Positions 1 through 9,640 of a DNA stretch of 20,000 bases are shown here, in pieces. The position numbers were made by a program, and so were the translations under genes. The number at the start of each line of letters is the position of its first letter. The first letter of the stretch is position 1. Below the pieces are notes generated by a model. The model worked only from the letters and a program-made list of their open reading frames with translations, had not been told where the DNA came from and ran no database searches. The DNA comes from Priapulus caudatus. Taxonomy: Eukaryota. The stretch lies in NCBI RefSeq assembly GCF_000485595.1, contig NW_014577066.1, forward strand, positions 650,477 through 670,476, given 5' to 3'.

Positions 1-964
1 TACATTTCTCGGGAATGTTGAACCACGAGATTTTCGCGTAGCATAGTTTAAACCCGATTTAACGGAAACTATGTCTTAAACCGACATCAATCTTCTTCAT
101 TGCGGTGATTTTAGCACGAGTCCGTTGTGCACCAAGAGTATATGATTGATTTCAAGAGGTAACAAATAAGCACAAATAACCAAGAAACGTTACAGACCAC
201 TGCACACTCCTATTGAATAATGCGAATTTAAATTCAGAGATACTGCATGACCTCCAATCGCATACAGTCGATGTGCTAATACCACCAACTAGGCATTCCC
301 ATGAATAAATGTATATATTCATGGGAATATTTGTTTGTATATGTCATTGTGATACTGTATACCACGGCTGCAAAGCATATGAATCCAGGTCCCGATGGAT
401 TGCGTAACCCCATACCGCCCACTCGCCACCTATATTTCAACGCAACAGATTGCAAGTTGGAGGGGAACGTAGGGCCAACATTGTTACATTTTTAAATAAA
501 AAATGCACGATTTCCTTCTCGATTCGTCAATGGCGGACAAGAACTGGAAATCACTGCAGCGATATCACTCGGCATCAGCATTAATTACGACTAATTACGA
601 TGCTGCTCAGCAAATGAGCGGCGCGATCGACAGCGATCGGTTACATCTGTGCCGAACATCTTCATTTCAGCTCCCGTCGATCATATCTCTTTTTAACGGC
701 CAGTCTCGAGAAATATCTGCTATGCGGCTTCAAGGCATATATATATGCGAACTCGCGGTAGTTCGCGTGTGGCACGCGGGCGCCATTGCGTAGCTGATAA
801 ACTGCACGTACGCCAATCTGCCGCATGCACTAGCCGTGCGCATATCTACCCGACGGGCATGCGAGAGCAATGTCAATGTGTTCTGTTATTTTCCTTTCGT
901 CGGTGTATTGGTGAATCACTGCAGTACAGTGTAGCGAACGTGCCGCGCTCTAAATTAGCTGTCG

Positions 965-1180
965 GGAAGAGAGGAGGAAAGAGAGGGCGAGGGAGAGAGA
1001 AAGAGAGAACGAGAGACGAGAGAGACAGTGCGCGGCAGAGGGGTCGCTGGAGAGAGGTAGAAATGCAGTGAGGTAGAGAAAAAGGGAGGAAAAAAAAAGC
1101 GAAACAGAAAGAGAGAGAAAGAGAGAGAACGAGACAAAAACAGAGAAAGGGGAGCGTGAGATATTGAGAGAAGGGGCGAG
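965..1180. repeat. GA-rich polypurine low-complexity tract
   Basis: GAGAGA/GAAA-rich; a GAGAGAGAAAGAGAGA...ACGAGA block recurs at about 990 and 1110. Confidence 0.85.
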
Positions 1181-1348
1181 CTAACAGCTAGGACAAAGAA
1201 AGCTTAACGGATAAGAGCGGGCAACCAAAGGATTCCAGGAACACCAATCCCACAGCGAGACACGCTTGCCGAGATCCGTAAAGGCAGCATTTTACCTGAG
1301 GCAGACAGCGTAACTCCCAGTAGGGTTCACGGTGCGGTCAGATCCAGG

Positions 1349-1366
1349 CGAGCTGGCACGTCGCCA
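1349..1366 (-). other. tRNA primer-binding site (TGGCGACG...) of the LTR element; internal leader continues to about 1200-1240 and is then truncated
   Basis: The minus strand reads ...TTACA GATT TGGCGACGTGCCAGCTCG. TGGCGAC(G) is complementary to the 3' CCA end of tRNA-Ser(GCT)/tRNA-Arg-type tRNAs; only about 8 nt can be matched from memory. Confidence 0.55.
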
Positions 1367-1660
1367 AATCTGTAATTGAATCATTTCGCCTCACTCCCGT
1401 ATTCCAAGGAAGTTTACAAACAGTAGCCGCCTCCGAGTGGCCCCAGGAGAGACCCAGCTAGCGTTAGCTCCGGAGAAAGTCTCGCTGGACAGGTGCAGTG
1501 CATGGTCAGGGAAACCGGACCTATAATGTACTGATGTCCCGTCCAGGGGGAATCAGCTTCAGACGCCTCACCTAAAGAGTATTAGCTTCTTGAACTAGCC
1601 ACCAGAGAACAGGACAGAGTGGCGTTAACCTGCTTGCGATACACCGGTTTTCCGTTCAGG

Positions 1661-1786
1661 GGGTTGTAGCACGATACGGCGACCAGGGTCGGGTTGTAGC
1701 ACGATACGGCGACCAGGGTCGGGTTGTAGCACGATACGGCGACCAGGGTCGGGTTGTAGCACGATACGGCGACCAGGGTCGGGTTG
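1661..1786. repeat. 30-bp tandem repeat, 4 identical copies plus 6 nt (GGGTTGTAGCACGATACGGCGACCAGGGTC)
   Basis: Identical copies start at 1661, 1691, 1721 and 1751, with a partial copy at 1781; there are no spacers. Confidence 0.97.
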
Positions 1787-1802
1787 GGGAAGACAACGTT
1801 AC

Positions 1803-1856
1803 CTACCTTGACTACGTGACTACCTTGACTACCTTGACTACCTTGACTACGTGACA
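1803..1856. repeat. 8-9-bp tandem repeat (CTACCTTGA / CTACGTGA) at the LTR terminus
   Basis: CTACCTTGA, CTACGTGA, 3x CTACCTTGA, CTACGTGA, CA read directly. Confidence 0.9.
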
Positions 1857-1892
1857 ATACCTTGTTATACAGAACTGCACTAGCATTTCTTA

Positions 1893-1928
1893 CAATATAT
1901 ATATATGTAATAATATATAATAATATTA

Positions 1929-1976
<48 letters not shown>

Positions 1977-2106
1977 ATAATATATAATATCAAGAGTACA
2001 TAATAGTAATACTATTATGTACTCTTGATAATATATATATATGTAATAATATAAATGTATTTAGTCAGTATATATATATATACTGACTAAATACATTTAT
2101 ATTATT
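1893..2106. repeat. (TA)n-rich block containing two perfect palindromes (1988-2030 and 2045-2106)
   Basis: (TA)n runs; 21-bp arms around a 1-nt spacer; a 62-bp spacer-less palindrome; both checked base by base. Confidence 0.92.
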
Positions 2107-2370
2107 TTGTTCACTCATGATGATTAGGTACAACCGTACAACATACCTATATTTTCCTATCTGATGTAAATTGCTCGCGACTACACAAAAATCTAATAGC
2201 TTGGACGTTTATTCTTAGCTATTCTACACATGTTTCTTCGGTAAAGTTTGATGATATACCGAGTTGCTGTTAGTACATAGGTTTATGCCAAAAAAGTTTA
2301 AAAAAATATAGGCGTCATAAAACGGTGACATATATTGCTTTCTGGCGCCCTATACAGGAGAAGGAAAGGG

Positions 2371-2707
2371 TTACTGCGCATGACTATGGTAAATCATTTC
2401 CCTTAGGCGACCATATATACCAAAACATTCCCATAAATCAGCAGGTTTTTTCTAATGCCGCCTATTGAACTGACACTGCAAGTGACAGCATATAATTATG
2501 TTGTTGACTCTGCGAACATTCTTTTATAATTTTTCTGTAAGCAAGGTTTTCCTGGCACACACATGACATATACTCGCTTCTCCCAACCTCCACTGGAGTG
2601 CGGACCGCCTCGGAACAAGCCACTCGCTCTGTCAACTCATAGGTCAACTGAAGCGAGACTTCTAGTTTTTGAATAAAACATTTGCAAAAGTTGGACTCGT
2701 TTCTATC
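2371..2707. mobile_element. Old interspersed repeat, copy A (DNA-transposon/MITE-like relic)
   Basis: Colinear anchors shared with 4019-4396: AAATCATTTCCC, TGCAAGTGACA-CATATA, TCTGTAA-CAAG, TGGCACACACAT, AGCCACTC-C-CTGTCA, TTCTAGTTT-TGAA. Confidence 0.65.
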
Positions 2708-4018
2708 GATAAATAACTAATAAGGCGTGTGAAACTAATAAGGCACAGGAAACCGATCATTTTATGTCAGATATTCTAACGCTCGTTGGTCGATTTGCGC
2801 GCGTAATGCCTATAGCGGCTGCATTGCGCCGCCAGCCAGGTGTATGTATATTCAGCCGGTTATATGTTCAGCTTGGCATCGGCTGCGCGTGATGTTTTTG
2901 TGAAATTGCCATTGCTTTGGCGTACAAACCCGAATATTTAATATTTTAACACGTTCTACAACCCATGAATTACTCCGTTCGAACTCTCCGTGCGCGTATT
3001 CTTGGTTTTGCTGCTCCATGGTTGTCAATCAAGCGCATAATCAGCAGGTAATTAGTCAGAAACGATCAAATGGAGACTTTTTACCATTGCGACGGTAATC
3101 GGCGGGCGGGAAATGTGGAAAACAAGCCTCGCGGAAAAATGAGATTTGCAAAATGCTATGACTTCTTTAAAAGTCGCCCGTTAATTTCTAAATAAGCATG
3201 CATTAGCCTGTGACGATGGCGTTATACCATTGAGCTAGATGTACACAGAGTGGCACCGAATATTTAAGATTTGTAGACCCGCCTCGAATTTGTCCAAACT
3301 AAATATAAGTGTTAACCCTCGGTTACGTCATAGCGGTCTTGCTATAAATTAGTGAGGCTGCTACTTCTAACACGGAGCAGTTAGGCGTGCAGTGGTGTAT
3401 CGGCATGTCATTCTGAGTGCGTTTTACTACCCAGCTATAGATTGTCTCTAGATACCTTGTACAAGGTGAGTTAACAAGGAATAAATTAGGGTCTATGACC
3501 AGGAAGGGTTGTCGTGGAAGGGGTAAGTGACGATGTCTCGAGTGAGCTAAGCTGGTTGAACCAGCCGCCATTATATAGAAGAAATTATGTATCCATATCT
3601 AGGGGGGGGGGGAGGGAGTTAAGTTGGAATATACTAGTGTACATGACCATGGGAGCAAGGAGGAGGGTTAAGCTTCGGTGGACTTGTGTCTCGAGGAGTG
3701 GAGCTTCTACTAAATTATAGTTACGTTGAGTACTACTCTAAACATATTATATATATGGTATATATATTGGTTGCTATAGCGCTCAAATTTACTGTTCTAA
3801 TTAAGCGCCGCCTAGCCTTGCCACTCTAATAAGGTGCTGGAATGGGTATCTGCATGTATGATCGTTATTTCCTCATTACGCCTATTTAGTATGCAATCAC
3901 GCCTAGCGCTAACGATGGAGCTTGTTATTACCCATTGTGCTAGTCTTGTGGGGAAATGGTGTCACACTGCGTTTTGGGACAGCGGCTGGTTAGCATTTCG
4001 TAGAAACAAGAGCGCAAT

Positions 4019-4488
4019 AACTGCGCAGTCGATGGTATTACGGTGGGAAATCATTTCCCATTGGCGGCCATACATACGAAAATAATTTCATGTATCAGTA
4101 GAGGTTTTTTTTTCAGAAATCGCACTGCCAACCTCTGAATTGACGTTGCAAGTGACACCATATATTTTGTTATCTCAAAGATGCTTCCGGTATATTTATC
4201 TGTAAACAAGCTTTTTTTGGCACACACATAAAATGGCAATTTTGCAACGAGATTTTACGCGAAAAAGTAGGCGTTCTTTGGAAATTTCCCGGCCGCCACA
4301 GGAGCGCACACCGGACGAGCCACTCACACTGTCAGATGCAGCAAGGGTTCTAGTTTCTGAAATTAACAACTGCAAAGAGTTCTAACCATTTCCATCAAAA
4401 AATTTAAAAAAACCAAGCGCACGGATACGCAGCAAAACGATCTCATTCCTGTCTTAGCGCTCATTGGCTGATTTTCCACCGTAATACC
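4019..4488. mobile_element. Old interspersed repeat, copy B, with a 20-bp inverted repeat (MITE/non-autonomous DNA transposon-like)
   Basis: GGTATTACGGTGGGAAATCA (4034-4053) and TGATTTTCCACCGTAATACC (4469-4488) are reverse complements at 19/20 positions; the interior is homologous to 2371-2707. No clean TSD. Confidence 0.6.
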
Positions 4489-4728
4489 TGATATGGGCTT
4501 GATAGAAACATGCGCACATGTCAGCCTGCGCGCGTGCGGAGAATCATTAATTAATGAGTGGTTGAATCTATCGACAGTACTACACCTGTGATTAATCAAG
4601 TTGCCGGCAGCTACTGCGCTGCCTACGCGTTAGTGCGCTACTGTTTAATTGAGTAGAGCATTTACTCTCGTTCGCTGCTTTGGTATTCACGAATTAGTCA
4701 TTCGTCCTATCTTGCTTTGATTTGCGTC

Positions 4729-4765
4729 TTATAGTTACCTGAAGCATCTCGTCTGTCTGTCTGCA

Positions 4766-4820
<55 letters not shown>

Positions 4821-4865
4821 AGGAGGAAAACTATCGGAATGCGTGTAAAGCGCCTATTCTTGTTT
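4729..4865 (+). mobile_element. Minimal/internally deleted Helentron-associated (HINE/DINE-1-like) element with a (GTCT)n tract
   Basis: TT-ATAGTTACCT start; (GTCT)n at 4751-4820; inverse subTIR-like AGGAAAACTAT; imperfect hairpin GAATGCG..CGCCTATTC; end CTTG-TT. Confidence 0.5.
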
Positions 4866-5451
4866 GACAGCGACCAACGAGGCGTCTCGCCTCATATGAA
4901 TGATGCACTTTATGCGCGTGCATAGTAAATGACCGGAAAAAAAACATTATTCTTGAATTCGAACAAGTTTTAGCCGAGCAAGTGCGAGTGCATCCCTCGA
5001 CGGCAAAGCCGATCAAGGTCGCAAGGCCATTGTGATGTGAACCTCTGGCTGTGTTAATGGGTCACGCTTTGGCGCTATGGGTTACTAAACCGGAAATTCG
5101 GATATACGATCCACTGCTTGTTTCGGGCCAACTCTTATTCTATCTTTTGCCGTACGTATACTATAGCATGTATCATGTACATGGGGGAAAACTGGAAATT
5201 AAATACAAATATTCTTGCTTGTATAGCGCTTCGTTTTCCAAAACAACTTGTATGAAAAAAATAGAATTACAACTTATAACAAACGTATGTCAGCAAGTAT
5301 TGTTCCGTATTTTGATAAATTAATTAATATACCAATGTACGTTTATCAAATTTTTCAAGGCGCGTAAACAGTTTATGTTGTCTTGATAACATCAATCGTA
5401 CTACGTGTGAAAAGTACAATAGCTGGCATAAAAATACCAATAATATAAAAC

Positions 5452-5762
5452 AACTAGAGCACTCGGATAGCACAGACCTCCGCCAAGGCAGCTGAATTCT
5501 CTCAATGTGAAATGTTTTATTAATTAATTAATTAATTAAGTGGAAAAATTAATTAATTAATTGGATCCGGATTAGTGCGAGCGTGCAGGTGGGGGAGGAC
5601 TGTGGTTGCCCCTTAGCCTGTGGTTGCGTGTTTGTAAGTCTACAGCCAGCGCACCTAGCGGAAGTGAACTGAAACGTGCATGGTAACACACAAACCCTCA
5701 AACCAACACTCAAAGACACGCCGGTGAAAACATAACCTCCGCCAAGCCCCTGGCGGAGGTAA
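5452..5762 (-). mobile_element. Non-autonomous Helentron/HINE-type element (about 310 bp)
   Basis: Minus strand: TT, terminal hairpin ACCTCCGCCA..TGGCGGAGGT (5735-5760), a second subTIR copy ACCTCCGCCAAG at 5476-5487, a short stem-loop, then CTAG-TT (AACTAG 5452-5457 on plus). Internal (TTAA)n runs at about 5520-5562. Confidence 0.75.
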
Positions 5763-6061
5763 CTAACAGTGTCTATCGGTCGGAGCCCGTTGTCAGATGC
5801 AAAACTAGTCTTAACATTGGTCTTAACATTAATCCTTTCTCATAGACTGCTGACAGAAACATAGTAAAGTTACGAGTTTGTCATACGCGGTACATAGATG
5901 TATGGTTTACGATAAAAAGTTCATGTTAAGCCTATTTTGTTTCTGACAACGAGCCACGGGTGTTTGCGTGCGCACTCCATGAGCACTAAGTGATCATGTG
6001 AGCCTATGACTGTGCGCAACATGACGATGCAGTTGTCGCTCCTGACAGATTTACGGTCGAC

Positions 6062-6224
6062 GTGTATGCACACGAGAACGCAGACGTGCGCGCACGTACG
6101 CACACGTGCGCGCACGCACTCACGCTTTCACGCACGTACACGTACCCGCACTCAGGCTCACACGCACCCGCACGCACACGCAAGTATACACGTGTGCGTG
6201 CGTGCGAGCGAGCGTGCGTGTGCG

Positions 6225-6255
<31 letters not shown>

Positions 6256-6372
6256 TGTGTGTGCGTGCGTGCGTGCGTGCGGTGTGTGTGTGTGTGTGTG
6301 CGTGCGTGGTGTGTGTGTGTGTGTGTGTGTGCGTGCGTGCGTGCGCGTCTGCGTGGTGCGTGCGTGTGCGTG
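6062..6372. repeat. Compound purine-pyrimidine microsatellite (CA/CG/TA/TG/TGCG)
   Basis: Read directly; source of several spurious ORFs. Confidence 0.95.
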
Positions 6373-6633
6373 TATCCATAGTATAGATGAGGATTGTCAG
6401 CTAGACGAGACTGGCGCGAGGCCACTCCCGCCTGCCAGTCTCAGCAGTGCAGTGTCAGTGTATTATCTGTTGTCAGTGATTAATCGTATACACACGCGCA
6501 GCCGCGCGCGCTTCTGTTTTAAAGCATTTGTGCGAGTCCCAGATCTAGAACCGATTACTTTGCTGATTGTTGTCGCGTGTCCTTGTTCGTTTTGTTTTAC
6601 CGTCCAATGAGATTGTTGTCGGCCATTTCTTGT

Positions 6634-6668
6634 TTGTGTGTATTTGTGTGTGTGTGTGTGTGTGTGTG

Positions 6669-6715
<47 letters not shown>

Positions 6716-6771
6716 GTGTGTGTGTGTGCTGTGTGCGTGTGTGCTATTGTGTGTGTGTGTATTTGTGTGTA

Positions 6772-6809
<38 letters not shown>

Positions 6810-6877
6810 TGCGTGTGCGCGTGCGTGTGCGTGCGCGTGCGCGTTCGCGTTCGTGTGTGTCTGTGTGTGTATGTGTG

Positions 6878-6933
<56 letters not shown>

Positions 6934-6955
6934 TGAGCGAGCGTTTGCGTGCACG
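6634..6955. repeat. (TG)n grading into (TGCG)n microsatellite
   Basis: Read directly. Confidence 0.97.
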
Positions 6956-7440
6956 AATGTGCACTCGATGGATTTCTATTTAGCGTTAATAACGAGGACA
7001 AGAAATAGTGTAAGGACAACCCGGAAGGATATGAAATGATATCTAGATAGGGGAATAGAGATATGTATACAGAACGAGTACTTGACTTGGAGATCGTATA
7101 CTAAGTATACAAAGTATACTAATATATATAAGTAACTAGTATAGTAATACAAATATATAAGAGAGGGGTCGCGATGCTTATACCAGGGTGCGGGAGAAGG
7201 ATGGCACTTGTAGGAATAGGAGTGCAGATAATACTATAAATCATGTGTGGATAATTACGTATGGCAACTGAACATTCAGTTACTTTCTAACAGTAAAGCT
7301 TCGTGCGCCGCTTTCGTGATCCAAATGCTAGGAAACAGCAGCTGCATACAATTGGCATTGGCATGTATCTCATCTATACATAGCTGTGTATATAGCTTCA
7401 GCCAGCGGCCGGATCTCTCTGCCAATTCATATTCAGAGCG

Positions 7441-8481
7441 ACATAAACCCAACCATAAATAACAATAGCCGTCCATAAATGAAGAAGCACTCAACGGGAA
7501 TTTAAGCACCAACAGAAAAATACATCCACTAACGAAATGGCAGTCGATGGTTATTAACCGAACACGATACGTGATAAAATAATCTCTGCCTCCATAAGCG
7601 AACGGGAGCTCGAGCGCGACCGAGCGTCAATAAATGGGCATTTACGCACGTTTATGATCGGGTTGTGGGATAAGATGGACGGACACGACACCGCTGCGAC
7701 CTTGACGAGAATCGACCGCTAGTTGGCGCTGCCTTCGTCGGTTTATGGTGTACAACAATCGCGCGGCTCCGGCCATGCTTGGCTCACCGCCGAGCGGCGC
7801 GTTTTATTGTGTGCCATTGTTCAAGCGCATCGCTAATTGAAATGTTATAGTAGCCGGTGTAGTTTCGCCACGTGAATGCTAGCCGAAGGACTTTTTCTTA
7901 TACCTGTGCGAGAAGCGGGTCGTGTCCGTCACTGTCTTTGTTCAGCTTTGCGCCTGTGTAATCGGAGCTGTGTCAATCGATGGCTCTGTCAAACCATGGC
8001 CATATATATATACATATAAATGTGGGTCTTTCAAATTATGGGGTTTTCTTTTATCCATTTAAGCATTGTCTTTGCTCAACTTTGTACCCATGAATTTGTC
8101 ACTGCGTAAATTATTGGCCCTACCAAACCACGGCCACATTCAAACGCGGGTCTAACAAACAATTGCCATTTTCTTCTACCAGCGATTCATGCATGTGCGT
8201 GTGCTTGTCAGCTGTCATCAGCCGTTGTCTATTCACACCGTTCTTTGTCAAATAGAATGGTCGTCTGGAACCGTGGATAGAAAGACGCTTAAAAGCGCGT
8301 AGTTATCGCTACGTTCTAATTTAATTAGTTACTCTAGTTAGTTTGTAAATCGTACTTTGTCGGAATAGGACGTTAGAATAAGTCTGTGATGCAAGCCCTA
8401 CGGCTATGCGGGCGGCTGCGCGCCATCGTAAGTTTTCCGCGCGTCGCAACCAGGAGTTAACTAAACGATAATCTCGTAAAA
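7441..8481. promoter_or_regulatory. Candidate developmental cis-regulatory region (Cdx/posterior Hox, Sox/TCF, Meis, CTCF-like motifs)
   Basis: TTTAY-core sites at 7442, 7453, 7473, 7628, 7641, 7651, 7742 and 7802; AACAAT/CATTGTT at 7461, 7754 and 7815; CTTTGTT at 7936; TGTCAGCTGTCATCA at about 8206; CTCGTAAAA at 8473; CCGCTAGTTGGCGC at 7716. Motif evidence only. Confidence 0.35.
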
Positions 8482-8845
8482 CTGCCTGCCGTGGTGCGGT
8501 TGGATGCTACCGTCCTTGACTACAGCTTCTGTAATAGGCGGCCATTACCTGTCAGTGTTTGGACAGAAGGTTTACATAAACACTAGTTAACCTCATAGCG
8601 CTGTTTGCTGTCTGGGCCGCGGCTAGAGAGCCACACTGGCCTCCGCGACTGCCGTGGTAACTATCGTAGCAAGTCACATCAAGAGCAGTTGAACTATGTG
8701 CTATATGCTACGGTTTATGTGTAAAACTACAATGCATGTATTCTTGGTTACGTGCGATGTCATCTCTTTTCTTCGCCATACCCACTAAGCCTACCTGTGA
8801 TAGGCCTACTATTATTTTATGCGTACACAGAGACGTACACGTGAA

Positions 8846-8879
8846 GGCACGCGCACGCACACGCGCACGGACACACACA

Positions 8880-8937
<58 letters not shown>
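8846..8937. repeat. (CA)n microsatellite with CACG-rich lead-in
   Basis: Read directly. Confidence 0.95.
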
Positions 8938-8938
<1 letters not shown>

Positions 8939-9314
8939 TTCGTTTTGCATGCTCATGTCGACGTGGTTTTCAGCTTTTCAGCTATCCTGCCGCCACCATG
9001 CCCCCACCGCTGCGGATGGGGTATCCAGCGGCAGGTGTGGAATTCCGCAGCACAGTGTGAGCGTTCCTCTACTGATCCCTACTCTGCTGACCCACATGCC
9101 TCTCTCTCACACACGCTGCGGTCGCACGCTAGACTGACGCTACGCGTCTACACATCCCCGTCCCACCGTACCGCCGAGCTGGACTCCGTACCAGTCTCGC
9201 TATCCTAACCCACGGGCCGTCTGCCGGGGGCAACCCCCTCGGACACTGACTGTTCTATTCTACTAAGCTCTCGTATTTTTTTCGTCTGCTAATCGGTGCG
9301 CTTTTACGTGCATT

Positions 9315-9640
9315 AGTGGCCCGCGTTTTTTTGCGCTCCGCGCGCGCGCGCCCGTAGATTTCTTTTTCGCGTAGCTGCCCGCGCCGTCCTTTGTAGGACG
9401 CCCGGCGAGCGCGGGACCTCGCTACCCGTGTTACGCGGCATTCCGGCTCGCAGACGACGCCTTATGTGGGCGCGCAGCAAACAGCGGCACTTTCTACTAC
9501 GAGCGGCAACAAGAAAGCCGACCGCTGTCCGACGGTCGGCGGCGTCTGTCCAAATATTTGACCGCCGCAAAATTAAACGATTTCATGCGTAGCTCGAAAT
9601 AATTCGTGTCGCGGCGCGGCGATGAGTTTTTATTCGCGAG
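9315..9640. promoter_or_regulatory. CpG/GC-rich island-like segment
   Basis: Visibly dense CG dinucleotides (CGCGCGCGCGCG etc.) and an 8-bp stem GCCGACCG..CGGTCGGC at about 9518-9543; no TSS evidence. Confidence 0.3.

Larger units (their letters stand above)
1371..1856 (-). mobile_element. LTR (486 bp) of an LTR retrotransposon, probably Ty3/Gypsy-type 5' LTR
   Basis: The minus strand starts TGTCAC (1856) and ends ...CAATTACA (1371), giving canonical TG...CA termini. A TGG-initiated PBS follows 4 nt later. Tandem repeats lie in the U3-equivalent part. No second LTR or gag/pol is in the window. Confidence 0.6.

Noticed and set aside
1324..1340. DR5 RARE-like GGTTCA-N5-CGGTCA
   Set aside because: The second half-site is non-consensus and it lies inside the retroelement leader.
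1661..1786. CRISPR-like 30-bp repeats (also the 12.7-kb and 19.6-kb arrays)
   Set aside because: No unique spacers, no cas genes, eukaryotic context.
1582..1857. ORF with NPTLVAVSCY and SQG repeats
   Set aside because: By-product of the 30-bp and 9-bp DNA repeats in the LTR; non-ATG start.
3312..3671. piggyBac-like TTAA-CCCTC ... GAGGG-TTAA boundaries
   Set aside because: The inverted match is only 5 bp beyond TTAA; compatible with chance.
6006..7039. Many 70-180-aa ORFs rich in HT/CV/RA dipeptides (also at 8.7-9.2, 12.6-13.8, 16.0-16.4 and 18.1-18.4 kb)
   Set aside because: They are translations of stop-free RY microsatellites, open in several frames on both strands.
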